A DNA stretch of 64,000 bases from contig NC_043010.1 in NCBI RefSeq assembly GCF_006345805.1, positions 38,316,001-38,380,000 on the forward strand, in the 5' to 3' direction. This document shows positions 37,968 to 52,200 of this stretch, in pieces. Under the pieces are notes generated by a model. The model was given only the letters and a program-made list of their open reading frames with translations, had not been told where the DNA came from and did no database searches. The position numbers and the translations under genes are program-made. This stretch comes from Octopus sinensis (lineage: Eukaryota). Positions within the stretch are counted from its first letter, which is position 1. Each line of letters opens with the position of its first letter.

Positions 37968-38084
37968 AAGGAAACGGCTGGAGTTTCTTCATGGGCTAAT
38001 AAATATACATCTAGTGATGGTGTCACAATAAAAACACTGGTAATTGCGCAACCTGATAATCGCTACCTCATATGAGTGACAATG

Positions 38085-38952
38085 AAAAAACAAATATGAT
38101 ATGATACCACATTCTTGGATTATTGAGTGTATGAACCTGTTTGAGATTGCATCGAATGTTGAGCGATTGCTTGGAAAAAGTATGGCGAATTAGAGGACGG
38201 ACCTGACAGCATACGGAAGAAGTTTAGGGACAGTAGAAATTAGAAGGGGAATCTTCCAAGGAGACTGCCTGTCCCCACTGATCTTTGTACTGTGCTTGAC
38301 ACCACTGACACTGATTCTGAGGAAAACAAAAGCTGAGTATGTATTCAAAAGCCGCCGACAGAAAGTCAACCATTTGTTATTCATGGATGACCTCAAACTT
38401 TATGGTAAAGATGGAGCCCTAGTCAGTTCCCTCGTTGATACGGTGTATACATTCAGTGCTGATATCAGAATGGAATTCGAACTGAGAAAGTGCGGTGTGA
38501 TAGTCTTGAAGAGAGGCAAAATTAAATGTATGGACGGACAAACGATACCGTCGGGGGAGGTTATGAAGCAGATAGAAGGGACTTGCTATAAGTACTTGGG
38601 GATTTTGGAAATGGATAAATTGATGGAGAAAGAAATGACAGAAAAACTTAAGGTGGAGTACTTGCGCAGACTGAGAGTGATCCTAAAGTCGAAACTAAAC
38701 GGACGGAATAAGATCGAAGCTATCAACACCTGGGCGGTTTCACTCCCTAGATATGGAGCAGGGGTAATCGCATGGACAGTAGCAAAAATCTCGAGAAGTA
38801 CGTGGAACAAATAGGGGCTGCAATAAGGATTGAGCACTTGCAGAAAACAGCACTGGAACTGCTCGAATACTCCGGAAGGTGCTCGAAAAATAAGAGGTAG
38901 TGAACAGCTGGCACTGTAGTACATCTCCAGCGTTAGAAGCTGTGCAAAGGCA
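38085..38952 (+). mobile_element. R4/Dong-type RLE non-LTR retrotransposon: RT fragment fused to a 3' end
   Basis: YDMIPHSWI, GIFQGDCLSPL, NHLLFMDDLKLY, YKYLGILE; then EHLQKTAL..ARILRKVLE* and a (GAT)n/(AAT)n tail. Confidence 0.88.
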
Positions 38953-39057
<105 letters not shown>

Positions 39058-39074
39058 TAATAATAATAATAATT

Positions 39075-39411
39075 CACTGGACATTGTTGTGGCGAATAAA
39101 AAAGGAAGAACATGTATGATTATCGACATAGCATACCCTGGTGACAACAAGAACAATGTGAAAGAAGAAAAAAATAAACAACTATGACGATCTAAAGTAG
39201 GAAATACGAAGGTTCTGGTCAATGAAGAGAGTGAACGTGAGACCAATAGTAATTGGTGCACTTGGAAGTGTCAGCACTCAACTACCAGCATGGCTGAAAA
39301 AGATCGGTGCAAGTGTGAAGGTAGAACACCTACAAAAATCAGCACTGCTTGGAACTGCTAGAATTCTTAAAAGAGTTCTTGAAGCATGACCAGTAAACAA
39401 GTTTTCATCAC
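39075..39411 (+). mobile_element. R4/Dong-type restriction-like endonuclease domain and 3' end in (TAA)n
   Basis: DIVV...IIDIAYP...KEEKI..YDDL...PIVIGALG...LQKSALLGTARILKRVLEA*; flanked by (AAT)n on both sides. Confidence 0.88.
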
Positions 39412-39465
<54 letters not shown>

Positions 39466-39479
39466 TAATAATAATAATA

Positions 39480-39847
39480 GACGATATGTGCATCTCTGAT
39501 CACGAGCAGAAGTAGTGGGGGGGCATCATAGCCATGTGTTGAGAGGGATTCTTGGGGTTTGAATAATTCACCTCTGAAAACATGGGTGGTTCTTTCAACA
39601 TCCTTAAACACCCTTATTCAGGGACTTTTGAGCGGGATGGCTACTCAACCTGAAGAAAATTCTAACTGGGCCCCACCTACAAGGTCATGTGCTGTTTATC
39701 TTGATATGACATCACCATGTCGCGCACATATGGTTGTGATGCATGTGCCTGGTGTACCCTTATCAGACGGGTAGTCATGATGGGTATATTGGGCTTCGTA
39801 TGTTTTACCCCAGTGTCACTTTGATGACATGCATTGCTCTCTCACTC
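39480..39847 (+). mobile_element. Family C retroposon, 5'-truncated
   Basis: Matches the 3' two-thirds of 42657-43210; ends ctctctcactc(AAT)n. Confidence 0.85.
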
Positions 39848-39932
39848 AATAATAATAATAATAATATAATAATAAAATAATAATAATAATAATAATAATA
39901 ATATAATAACAACAACAACAACAATAATAATG

Positions 39933-39965
<33 letters not shown>

Positions 39966-39973
39966 TAATAATA

Positions 39974-40004
<31 letters not shown>

Positions 40005-41740
40005 TTCGACGACGACGATGATAATGATGATGATGACGATAGCTATGATGATGATGATGATGATGTCAACAATCACTTTTTTATTGGCCCGACGGGCCGC
40101 TAAAACATTTAGGACAATACGATGATAAAGGACACTGGGAATTTACATAGAAATGTGTAAACAATAAAAACAATAGCAATTTCTAAAATTCTAACAAGCA
40201 AATTCCCCAATGGTGAGGAAAACACTACCCAAGGGCACCCAAGGTACCCTACTCACCAGCAATACCATGGCAAGTACTTCTCTCTCTTCTGTACTCTTCA
40301 GCCTATCGGTACCAATTTAGAATAAGTTCATTCACACGGGTCATCCTCGCCGTATTCACCCAAGCAAATTTACTGTGAGTGGGAGCAGCGCATACCCCTC
40401 AACCCTCATCTTCCTTTTCAAATGAAATTTCTTTAAAAAAACTAGATGGGGGTTTGTCTAAAGAGGAAAGTGACTGTCTTCAATCCGGTCAGTCTCATCC
40501 GTCACACAATCACTTTGCTAGAGCTACAACACAGAAAAAAGCAACAACCTGCCCTTAATAATACTTTCAAATTTTGGTACAGGCCCAGTAGTTTTAGAAG
40601 GAGGGATAAGTCAATTTCATTGACCCCAGTGTTCAACTGGTACTTATATTATCGAAACAAAAGGGGTAAAAAAAAGGCAAAATTGACCTCGACGTGATTT
40701 GAACTTAGAACGCAAAGAATCGGAAGAAAATGCCGTTCAATCATTTTGTCCGACGCACTAACGATTCTGCTATTGTATTGCAGGTACGAGACCTGCAGGT
40801 TTAAGAGTAATGGGTTAATTGAAAGTATCTACCCCCAAAACTTGATTTTATTTTACCAAAACTTGATACTTTATTTTACCGACCCTGAAGAGATAAAAAC
40901 CGAACCTGACCCTGACAGGATTTGAACTCAGAACTCAGCTGAAACAAATTTCAGAACTCAGAATTCAATTTCAGAATTGAAACAAATTTCAGAACTCAGC
41001 TGGAACAAATTTGAACTCAGCTGAAACAAATGTCACAAGGGATTTTTTCTGGTACCCTAATAATTCCACCAGCTCATCTGCTTCACAAAAATGGTTTCAA
41101 ATTTTGGCACAGGGTCAGCAGTTTTTGAGGGGGGATGAAGCCAGTACTTGACTGGTATTTATTTTATCGACCCTAAACGATAAAAGGCAAAGTCAACACC
41201 ATCACCACCACCACTACCATCACCATCAAACACCACTACACCACTACAAACAACATTACAATCACAACCAACACCAACAACGCCTCAACCAACATTACAT
41301 CCACCAACACTTACAACCATCACCACCAAACACCATCGCGACCACATCCACCACCACCACCACCACCAACACCACCACCACCACTATCAAATTTACCAGC
41401 ATTGTCACTACCACAATTAGCACCACCCTGAAAAAACCACCACCACTAGTACTACCCCTAAATCATAAACCACCTACGTTTTGACCTTGCCACCCCGATT
41501 ACTACTTCCACCGCCTTAACCACCGTAACCACAAAGCCACCCCTAACCCCATACCCATCCCCCACTTTCTAACCTCCCCCATACAACCTTAGTATGCGGG
41601 TGACTTATCACCTCCAGAGTAATGACCAACATGTCTGGAACAAGTCTGAACGTGAAAAAAATGGCTTATTTAACAAAACAGTTCTAAAAAACATTTCTAC
41701 AGAATTTTCGTTCTTTTCCTTATCATCATCATCATCATCA

Positions 41741-41789
<49 letters not shown>

Positions 41790-41793
<4 letters not shown>

Positions 41794-42001
41794 TAGTTTT
41801 ATTTTTATAGCGTGCTTTCACTTCACTACTGAGCGCAGCTCTGTGTGCCTTGGGTATGTGCTGTGATTTGTTGTGATGCTCTGATGGTTACTGTATTGAA
41901 AGTGTTCTGCGTAGGATGTGTGCAGTGCCTAGTAGTGCAATTTTCTGTATGTTATATGTGTTTGTAAGTCCTGGTGTTTTTGTTATGTATTTGTCTGAAT
42001 A

Positions 42002-42005
<4 letters not shown>
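41790..42005 (-). mobile_element. R4/Dong-type 3' end (different subfamily) in (TAA)n
   Basis: NIQKIALLGTAHILRRTLSIQ* + 3' UTR; (ATT)n on both flanks. Confidence 0.8.
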
Positions 42006-42082
<77 letters not shown>

Positions 42083-42600
42083 TTTGTGATGGCATAAACG
42101 GTAGAGTACCAGGCTGATGTCTGTTCGTGGTATCTAATTACACTTAGTTTAGATTTTGAGTTCAAAACTCCCGTAATGAGCGCGAGAACATATTTTTCGT
42201 TCCCTGTTTCTCTGTCACGAGAAACTCATCTTTCGTTCTCCGCAAAGTTGTCTCTATATATATACATATATGTATGCATGTATGTATATGTGTGTGTATA
42301 TATATACATATAAATAAATACACGCACACACACATGCATGCATGCTTACATACATATATATATATACATATATACATATATACACACACACACACATATA
42401 TATATATATAATATATATATATATATACATATATATAAGTATGTATGTATGTAGTATGTATGTATGTATGTATGTATGTATGTGTGTATGTATGTATGTA
42501 TGTATGTGTGGTGTGTGTATGTATAAAGTAAACAGAAAATGGAGAAATATTGATCAGTACAGTTGACTTACATTAATTATTATTATTATTATTATTGTTA

Positions 42601-42644
<44 letters not shown>

Positions 42645-42656
42645 ATTATTATTATT

Positions 42657-43208
42657 GAGTGAGAGAGCAGGGCATGCCATCAAAGTGACACTGGGGTAAA
42701 ATATACGAAGCCCAATATACCATCATGACTACCCGTCTGATAAAGGTACACCAGGCACATGCATCACAACCATATGTGCGTGACATGGTGATCTCATATC
42801 AAGATAAACAGCACATGACCTTGCAGGTGGGGCCCAGTTAGAATTTTCTTCAGGTGAGTAGCCCATCCCGCTCAAAAGGTCCCTGAATAAGGATTGTTTA
42901 AGGATGTTGAAAGAACCACCCATGTTTCCAGAGGTGAATTATTCAAACCCCAAAGAATCCCTCTCAACACATGGCTATGATGCTCCCCCACTACTTCTGC
43001 TCGTGATCAGAGATGCACATATCGTCAGCCACTAAGGGACATGCTCAACTGGTTAAGGTCAAACAACTAACAAGCAAATCTGTGGTATTGAGCAGAATAT
43101 TTGCTGTAGCCCGTCTTTTATACCAAGACAAAACAATGTACATGATAACACTTCCAATCAGTTAAGATCAGAAGCCATGAGAGCCACTGCCTGGTACTGC
43201 ATCAGGGC

Positions 43209-43210
<2 letters not shown>
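42657..43210 (-). mobile_element. Full-length ~555-bp non-coding (TAA)n-associated retroposon (family C)
   Basis: Flanked by (ATT)n; partial copies at 21470-21915, 39480-39847, 47020-47310, 57981-58284. Confidence 0.85.
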
Positions 43211-43260
<50 letters not shown>

Positions 43261-44014
43261 GTAAGTCAGTTATTGTTGATCAATATCTCTTCATTTTCTG
43301 TTTACTTTAAATTTAATTCCTGATAAACTCATGTTTATCCTTGTCATTGCCTGTAATCTATGAGCATAATATGCTTGCGTATGTATGTCCAGGGTTAACA
43401 TAGGTAATTATACCGGTAGTATAAAGGATACTGTTATCCCTCAGACGGTTATTCCAACCTCTAACTCTACTAACCTATATATATAGCACTGACCTCTTCC
43501 CAGCCCCTACACCATCATCCACACACCTACACATGCACATTATATATATATAATGTAAAGAAGAAAATGGAGAAGATAATCAATCAACAAACATCAGCCC
43601 GCAAACATTCATTTGAATCTAGTAATTAATTAATTACAAGCACATGTATAAGTAAGTAAATAAACAAGTAAATAAAAAATTAATTAATTAAAATAAATGA
43701 GGGAACAATATCATAGTCTTACAGCTGTTTCTACTTTTGGGGGGTCCAAGTTGGATATAAATACATAGGTATACATCCAGTAGTATACTGGATATTTATT
43801 ATCCCTTAGTTGGTTGTTTAACCTCTAACTCATACAGACATGTATATGTTTGCGTGCGTGTGCGCGCGCGCGTGTGTGTGTGTGTGTGTGTGGCTCTTTA
43901 AGCCGGTACATTGCTGTTTGCGTTTGGTTTAAGCACAACTGCTATCTGTTATTGAAGTTATTATTGTAACAATAAATTTTACAATCGAAATATAGTTTAC
44001 AAAATTATACTTAC

Positions 44015-44109
44015 GTTAGAATTTTCTGACACACATTCGGTCCATTCATGTCCAGTTCGCCATGGGCCAGAACCAGGATATTTAATAATAGAAACCACAA
44101 CGTAGCCAT
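44015..44109 (-). CDS. MEGF10: Coding exon 1: signal peptide and EMI start, MATLWFLLLNILVLAHGELDMNGPNVCQKIL(T)
   Basis: Exon 44015-44130: acceptor ttcctttgcag, donor AC|gtaagt. ATG at 44109, hydrophobic leader, GPNVC motif. Confidence 0.9.
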
Positions 44110-45581
44110 TGAGCGGGAAGTGATTGTCTTCTGCAAAGGAAAACATATAATATATAAGACAAAAATTTGAATTATGGAAATATATAGCAAAATAGTAGTG
44201 AGTGGGGGCTAATATTAAGTGTTTTAGCTTTTGTAATTGAATCATTGGAAATCGTTTTCAAACCTAATATGAATCACGAATAGGGATTATGTGACTAAAA
44301 TTTCTATCATGAGAATTATATCATTAAAACTAAATCAGTGAATAGATAAGCCATCGTTGGTGAAGAAGAGTGATATCTCTAAAACTAGATTGTAGATCGG
44401 TATTTCATCTCAGAAACTGAATCATGAGAAGAAGGTAGTTTGAATCATGGGAATATTATCTATAATTACAACTGAATCACAGAAAGGTGACTTTTCAGTA
44501 AAATTGAATCATAGTTAAACACCTCTGCCGCTATATACTGATTTCTAACACGGTTACAAAATCTCAAGTACGTGGTGGGGCAGAGGGTAGGAAGTGTAGT
44601 AAAATCTATTGATCTCCGTATTTGTTTGGGTCTTTATTTTATCGATCCAGGAAGGATGAAAGCGCGAAGTCTGTTATATTAAGAATGTAAAAGTAAAAAC
44701 AAAATGATAAATCATATCCGGCGCTCTGTTGTTTCTACCCCACCATCCCCACTACCTCATCCACTGCCACCACCATCTTACGTCTTACATTATAATAGAT
44801 AAGCCGACTAGAAGGCCTCTACGTGGTCGCTAGATCTGCTAATTATAACAACCAATTATCCATCGAATCACATTATACTGTCTTTACAAAAAAAAAAAAA
44901 ACAAACACGCGCACACACAGTGTGACGTAGGTAAACAATGCCTGAAAAAAAAAACGACTGGAATGGCAATAGGTGAAATGCATTTGATCATAAACCTGGT
45001 CAAACATAGCTAACCTGGGGCCATAATACAACACCAGTATAACAGAAAGTCGAAATATATTGTTCTTTTCTACTCTAGGCACAAGGCCCGAAATTAATTG
45101 GGGAGTGGGGCCAATCGATTACGTCGACCCCAGTATGCAAATGGTACTTAATTTATCGACTGCAAAGGATGAACGGCAAAGTCGACCTCGGCGGAATTTG
45201 AACTCAGAACGTAAAGGCAAACGAAATAGCGCTAAGCATTTCGCTTCTGCCAGCTAGCCGCCTTAATTGTGATAATTCGATCGTCGAGCTTACGATCGTG
45301 AGGTTGTGAGTTCGATTCCCGGACCGGGCTACGTGTTGTATTCTTGAGCATATTTCACATTGCTCCAGTTAACTCAGCTGTAGAAATGAGTTGCGACATC
45401 ACTGGTGCCAAGCTGTATCGGCCTTTGCCTTTCCCTTGGATAACATTAGTGGTGTGGAGAGGGGAGGCCGATATGCATGGGCGACTGCTGGTCTTCCATA
45501 AGCAATCTTGCCCGGACTTGTGCCTCGGAGGGTAACTTTCTAGGTGCAGTCCCATGGTCATTCTCTTCCTTTATATATCAC

Positions 45582-45705
<124 letters not shown>

Positions 45706-47019
45706 GAATTCTACCGTTTACTCAGTTTCGCCCCGGGTTGAGCTGTTCACGACTGTTGGGTAGGAAAAATTGTTTCCAGTTTAATATAAAGGTATGTCGA
45801 CCTTGAAAAGGTGTGAGCCGTGTGTGAGTGGAGTGGTAAGTTTCTTTGAAAACCAATGTAAAGAAATGGTATGTGTAAATATGAACGGCATATGACAATC
45901 CTTAATTCTATTCATATTTGCAATCAATAGATTAAATTGAAACTATTAGAGATGACCTTTGTACTGACTAGAGTAGTGATTCCCAACGTAGGGCATACAC
46001 CCCACCGGTGGGGCTGGGAAAATTGTGGTGGAGCGTGGCACCATAGACGTCAAGCACAAGGTTCTCCTCAAAGTGATTCATTTCTTTTCTTAGTCAATAA
46101 TGTACTTTCATTTTTGTACTCAGTACTTAATAAAGGAGTTACCAGTAGATTCTTTTGTATTAAATAATTGTGATAAAATATTATTTTCTGCTCCAAGCAC
46201 AAGGCCCGAAATTGGGGGGGGGGTGCCAGTCGATTAGATCGACACTAGTACGCAACTGGTGCTTCATTTATCGATCCTGAAAGGATGAAAGGCAAAGTCT
46301 ACCTCGGCGGAATTTGAACTCAGAACGTAAAGACACATGGAATAGCGCTAAGCATTTCGCCCGGCGTGCTAAAGTTTCTACCAGCTGGCCGCCTTAATTG
46401 TGATAAAATATTGAAAATAAGGTAATTGTATTTTTCCAACCGCTGGTTGGGCATACATACTTCTGGAAAGTTATATTGGGATCTGGGGAGTGGGGGGAAT
46501 AGGTTGGGGAACATTGAACTAGAGCAACAAGTCTTAAATGATATTGTTAGACGGAGGTTGAAATTTGTGGGCGAGTAATTGTTTTAGTTCGCAGGTCAAA
46601 TTTTTGCTACGCTAAGGTCAGGTATTGTTGTGAATTGGAGATGTAAGGTCAAATATTTGTATAGATAGAAGTGCGTATAAACACATCCAAAGAATATATA
46701 AGAGAGAGAGAGAGAAAAAGAGAAAGAAAAAAAAACAGAGAGTAAAGGTAGTGAGAATAGTGATGGATGTTGAACCAGTTAGGATAATAACGACAGAAGA
46801 GATAACGATGGCGGTGGGAGTAGTGGGAGAAGGGAGGACATAGAGAGAAAGAGTATTGTGATGTAAGCTGAATCAGTGAGGGAGGGCAACAGTAACACTG
46901 GAGGTAGTGAGAGGCTGTGAGGATAGTGAGAGATGTGGGAACATGACGGGGGGAGTGAAAGCAGTGAGGGTAGTGGTGGTAGTTGTGTCAGTGATGGCAA
47001 TGGTGACAGTGGGAGGTAA

Positions 47020-47310
47020 AAGTTTCCAGAGGTGAATTATTCAAGCCCCAAAGAATACCCCTCAACACATGGCTATAATGCTCCCCCACTACTTCTGCTC
47101 GTGATCAATGATGCACATATCGTCAGCTACTAAGGGACATGCTCAACTGGTTAAGGTCAAACAACTGACAAGCAAATCTGTGGTATTGAGCAGAATATTT
47201 GCTGTAGCCCATCTTTTATACCAAGACAAAACAATGTACATGATAACACTTCCAATCAGTTAAGATCAACAGCCATAAAAGTAAGTGCCTGGTACTGCAT
47301 CAGGGCATTT
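47020..47310 (-). mobile_element. Family C retroposon, 5' part
   Basis: Homologous to 42925-43210. Confidence 0.8.
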
Positions 47311-47322
47311 ATTATTATTATT

Positions 47323-47690
47323 GGCGCAGGAGTGGCTGTGTGGTAAGTAGCTTGCTAACCAGCCACATGGTTCCGGGTTCAGTCCCACTGCGTGGCATCT
47401 TGGGCACGTGTCTTCTGCTATAGCCCCGGGCTGACCAATGCCTTGTGAGTGGATTTGGTAGACGGAAACTGAAAGAAGCCTGTCGTATATATGTATGTAT
47501 ATATAAATATATGTATGTGTGTGTGTATGTGTTTGTGTGTCTGTGTTTGTCCCCCTAGCATTGCTTGACAACCGATGCTGGTGTGTTTACGTCCCCGTCA
47601 CTTAGCGGTTCGGCAAAAGAGACCGATAGAATAAGTACTGGGCTTACAAAGAATAAGTCCCGGGGTCGATTTGCTCGACTAAAGGCGGTG
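47323..47690 (+). mobile_element. SINE family A, 3'-truncated
   Basis: Head GGCGCAGGAGTGGCTGTGTGG; stops at AAAGGCGGTG. Confidence 0.85.
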
Positions 47691-48070
47691 AGCAATTTTC
47701 GAGGCTCACTCTGCTCTCATGTACTTCCCAATTTCTCTGACATATTTCTCGAACTTGGTTCTTAGTGCTCCGAGTGCCCCTCAACAACTACAAGAATGAC
47801 AGACACTCTCCTCATAGTCCACATTCTTGCAGTTTCATCTTTTAGTAATCTGTATTTCACAATCTTTTCTAGTTCTTTGTCCCTTACACGTGCATCACCT
47901 TGTATTACAATATCTATAATCTTTGTTTCCCTTATTCCCATATCTACGACAACAATATCTGGTCTCCGAGCATCGATTAGGGAGTCACATAGGATTGTAA
48001 AATCCCTCAGTATCTTATATTTCTTGCCCTCAGTGACTCCTTCTGTTTCATGTTCGTACCATTGTTGTTG

Positions 48071-48131
<61 letters not shown>

Positions 48132-49086
48132 CAACCCCAAAAGGATGAAAGGCAAAATCTATATCATGGTTGCATAACGAAATATAACGTCCCTACCGCA
48201 AATTAGTCAGGATACAGAGTAACCAGAACGAATACTGCAAAACAATCTGTCCGACTCTCTAACGAATCTGCCAATTAGCTTCTATTTAATTGCTTCATAT
48301 ACTTGTCTGAATTCAATAAAATATGTTTGCTCTGTCATTTGACAAAATTTACAATGCGTTAAATAAAAGGGAAACCAACGATGCAGGGTGGGGGAGGGGA
48401 ATTAGGAGAGCGGTGGTAGCAATAGTTTGTTTGTTGTATTTGACCATGAACGAATACTCATAAATCTTTCGAGCTTCTCACGATTGGTCTGTTAAATATA
48501 GGGTGTTAGATATAAGTCAACTGTTGAAATACAAAGTTGTTCTGTTTTTTTTTTTTTTTAATTTATTTCATTTTCTTGGACATATTATAAGTTGATGATA
48601 TTTGACACCACTGACCATTTCGTAGTTTATCAAGTCGTTCGGTCATTAACTCTGCGTTGGTAGAGTGGAACGCATGAGGGGATTTTAATCAACGTATCGA
48701 CTTACAACGCGCTTGCGCACATACGTAAAACTTGTCAAATGCACACACTCACACACACACACACACACACGTTTATATATATGCGACAAGTTTTCGAACT
48801 GTTTGCGGCAGAAGTGCATACATAAATAATGTGCATGTGCGTGTGTGTGTGTGTGCCTTTGTATTTGTGTTATCCCCCACCACGGCTTGACAACCGGTGT
48901 TGGTTTGCATACTTACCCGTCACTTAGCGGTTCGGCAAAAAGTGGCCGATAGAATAAGTACTAGGGAAAAATTTGTTCGACCGAACCCCTCGTATTGGCA
49001 CCCCAGCATAGCCACAGTCTAATGACAAATAAAAGATAAATGAATATATATATACATATATATAATATATCATATATTATATATAT

Positions 49087-49203
<117 letters not shown>

Positions 49204-52200
49204 TTATATATATATATTATGTATATATATATATGTATATATATATATGTATTATATATATATATATAGATATATATGTATATAATATATATATATAATA
49301 TATATATATATATATTATATATATATTATATATATATAATATATATATATATACAAGCGCATCGCAGTCGTTAATCCAGGTACGTTTCTTTTCTCTCGAA
49401 TTTTTCCTCTCTCTGTTTTCCCTCTTCGTTCCTTCCTGTAGAAGAGCGTCGGCAACATGAGTGTCATCAGTTTGTGAGGACCCGTAAATGTCCGGAGTAT
49501 AACCGTGCCACATGTTTAAATCTCAAAAGCGCACGGGCTCGCGTGCATACGCACACACACACACACTTTGGCTTGTTTTGGGCCCTCAACTCCAGGTGGA
49601 GCCATCGGAGCACGCTGTCCTGACTTAGTGCATGCTTTGAGCATCTAAGCTTGGAAGGACACATTTTTCTTCAGGGTTAAATCACAGTTGATTTCTTCTT
49701 CCGGAAAGAAAGATAAAGTAAAAGAGGGAGGAAAAATAATTGCTCCTGGAATGGTTCTTTATTTATCGATCCCTAAACGATATTAAAAAAAAAAAGAACA
49801 AAAGCTAACAACGGTGGGATTTGAACTCGGATTAGAATGAAAGCCACAAAATATACTACTCAATACTGCAACGATTTTCGCAAATCGCCGTCTCGCTTCC
49901 AGAAATGCATGCATGTCTAACGTTAGGCAATTTACATGGAAACAGAATGTGCACAATTGAAAATATCAAAATGATCGAGAATATTCTATACAGAAGATTT
50001 GAAACAGATATTTATTCAATATTTTTTTTCGTACATATGGCTCAGTGGTTATTGTGTCGAATTATTGTGGGAGACAGGATGTGAGTTCGTGTCTTGTTTA
50101 CAAACAGGACCTTCGTTTTTTTTTTTATTTTTAATTTAATTTTATCTGTAAGCTTCTTTTATAAAACTAATTAATAACATTGGTACAAAGTAACAAATTT
50201 TGTCAGAAAGATACAGTCGATTAAATCAACACCAATATATTACTGGTCCTTTATTTCATCGATCTTTGAAGGAGTAAAAGTCAAGGCTTACCACGACGGT
50301 ATTTGAACACAGAACATGAAAGACCATATGTAATAAACACATCAGTCGACCTTCTTTTAGTTATTTGTATAATACTGAGTCCTTTTCATGCTCTTAACAA
50401 CACCAACAGATTAATAAATAAATAAGTAAATAATCCCGTTGCGATATTGATTACGTGATTGTATTCTAGTGTCCTCATCAAGGTAAGTATGTCTGATTTT
50501 GTGTTCGGATGCATTTATGTCTGCGCATGCGCACACGTGTGTGTATACCTGTGTTTATCTGTATTTGTGAATGCATTTTTGTTAACGTCTGTTTTAGCAT
50601 GTATTCGTTTGCGAGTGTGCTTGTGTATGTGCATGTGGACTTCTATTTATGTATATATTTGCGTATGCAATAGTGTGTTTGTGTGTGTTTGATGTGCATC
50701 GAAGGGCAGAAGAAATAAACCGAGGCATATTTCACTCCGTTGTTCTCTTATAGAAGTTATGGAAAACGACACAGCATCTAATTTCTCTTCCCTGTCTTTA
50801 GAAATTATATAAAAATCGAAATTTTCTTTTGAGCCCGGTAAAAAAGCTTCCCCCTCCGCACGTCCCAGCTTGTGACTCTCGTAACCAACATGAGCGCTGT
50901 TTGCACATAATTTTACTTGTGAATTTATCTTTTCTTTTCAATTAATTTTTTCACTATACCACCACCACCAAAAAAAAAAATTTAAATAAAAAGATTCTTG
51001 TCGTGGTCCCGTCTGATCTCACTGAAATACGAGGTAAATGTCCCCCAAATTATGCCCTAACATTTTATAAAAAGAAACGACACATCGCAAAACATATACT
51101 TTATAAAATATGCAATGTCCAGAGAAAAGAAAAAAATAGGGCTGGAATGTTTTTGGTCAAAGATCTGCTTCATTATCACTACATTGGTAAAGGTTAAACA
51201 ATAACGTGAACTACGGGGAAGTTTCTGCAACATTGCTTGGCCTGAAAAAAACAATAGCCAAATCTTCTTCAAATCAGTGACAGGAACCAGTATCACGTTA
51301 TAAATCTCCTCTTCGATGGAATGACAGTCTGTTACTGACAACATTCCCAAGAGATCTTGTACCATATTCCCTCCTGGAAGTTATGTCGACGGAGGCAATG
51401 CAAAATGATAATAAAAGAGTCATGCTATCAGGAAACACAACAAAACTTCTGTCGTGGGTTTGAACGCACAATCCATAAGCAGACAGTTTAGTATTTTATC
51501 TATACGGCCATTTTGATACTATGTAAACCCCAAATCCATCACGTAAAAACTCCGGTTCAGTTTTTTTTTTTTTTAATTTAGACTGAAATCAAATGCTGTA
51601 TTCAGTGATTTAATGTGCGCATGAATGAATGCCTACGACATCCGTAAAACTGTGCACTCACTTACAGAACAGATAAAATTCAATAAACAAATGGTCTCTC
51701 ACTCTACATAAAATAACAACTATATATCCTTCAAACTGTACCCTACCATCTTGAAAATAAAAAAAAACAGGAAGGACACACTGAGTAATCTAGTCCTTAG
51801 ATATCCTGCATCTGAAAATAAGACGGGATGGTCACTATTGAAACACCTTTGACCTTGACCATGGGTCTGTTTAATAGGGGCTGCTCTGGAGAGTTTAAAA
51901 CAAAAGACAGCTAAGTTATTATTCTATGGAAGTGTGTTACGAGAGCAAAACTGACTAAAAGCTTTCTATGTTTCAACATCAACATCGATCTCGCCTGAAA
52001 GGGTCATGTGACCAAGATATACAACTGTTGGCAATTACAAAATTGATGCACACTCAACACACACACACATATATATATATATATACATATATGGCTACAT
52101 TATTTTTGCATATTTTTTTCTGTTTTGTTTGTAAGAGCAACACTTGCACATGAACAATAATAAAGTCTCTGTACTTCAAGAAGTAGAGCGCTGTGTGTGT

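Noticed and set aside
43000-43210. HDV-like ribozyme at the 5' end of family C
   Set aside because: Could not construct the P1/P3/P1.1 nested pseudoknot by eye; left as a search suggestion only.
44230-44520. Recurrent AACTGAATCA motif upstream of the first coding exon
   Set aside because: Spacing is irregular and spacers are similar low-complexity AT-rich sequence; not a CRISPR-like array and no function supportable.
51057-51365. 102-aa ORF and internal acceptor giving AKQCCRNF
   Set aside because: No usable donor and stops in the cysteine frame; the real EMI exons were found elsewhere.
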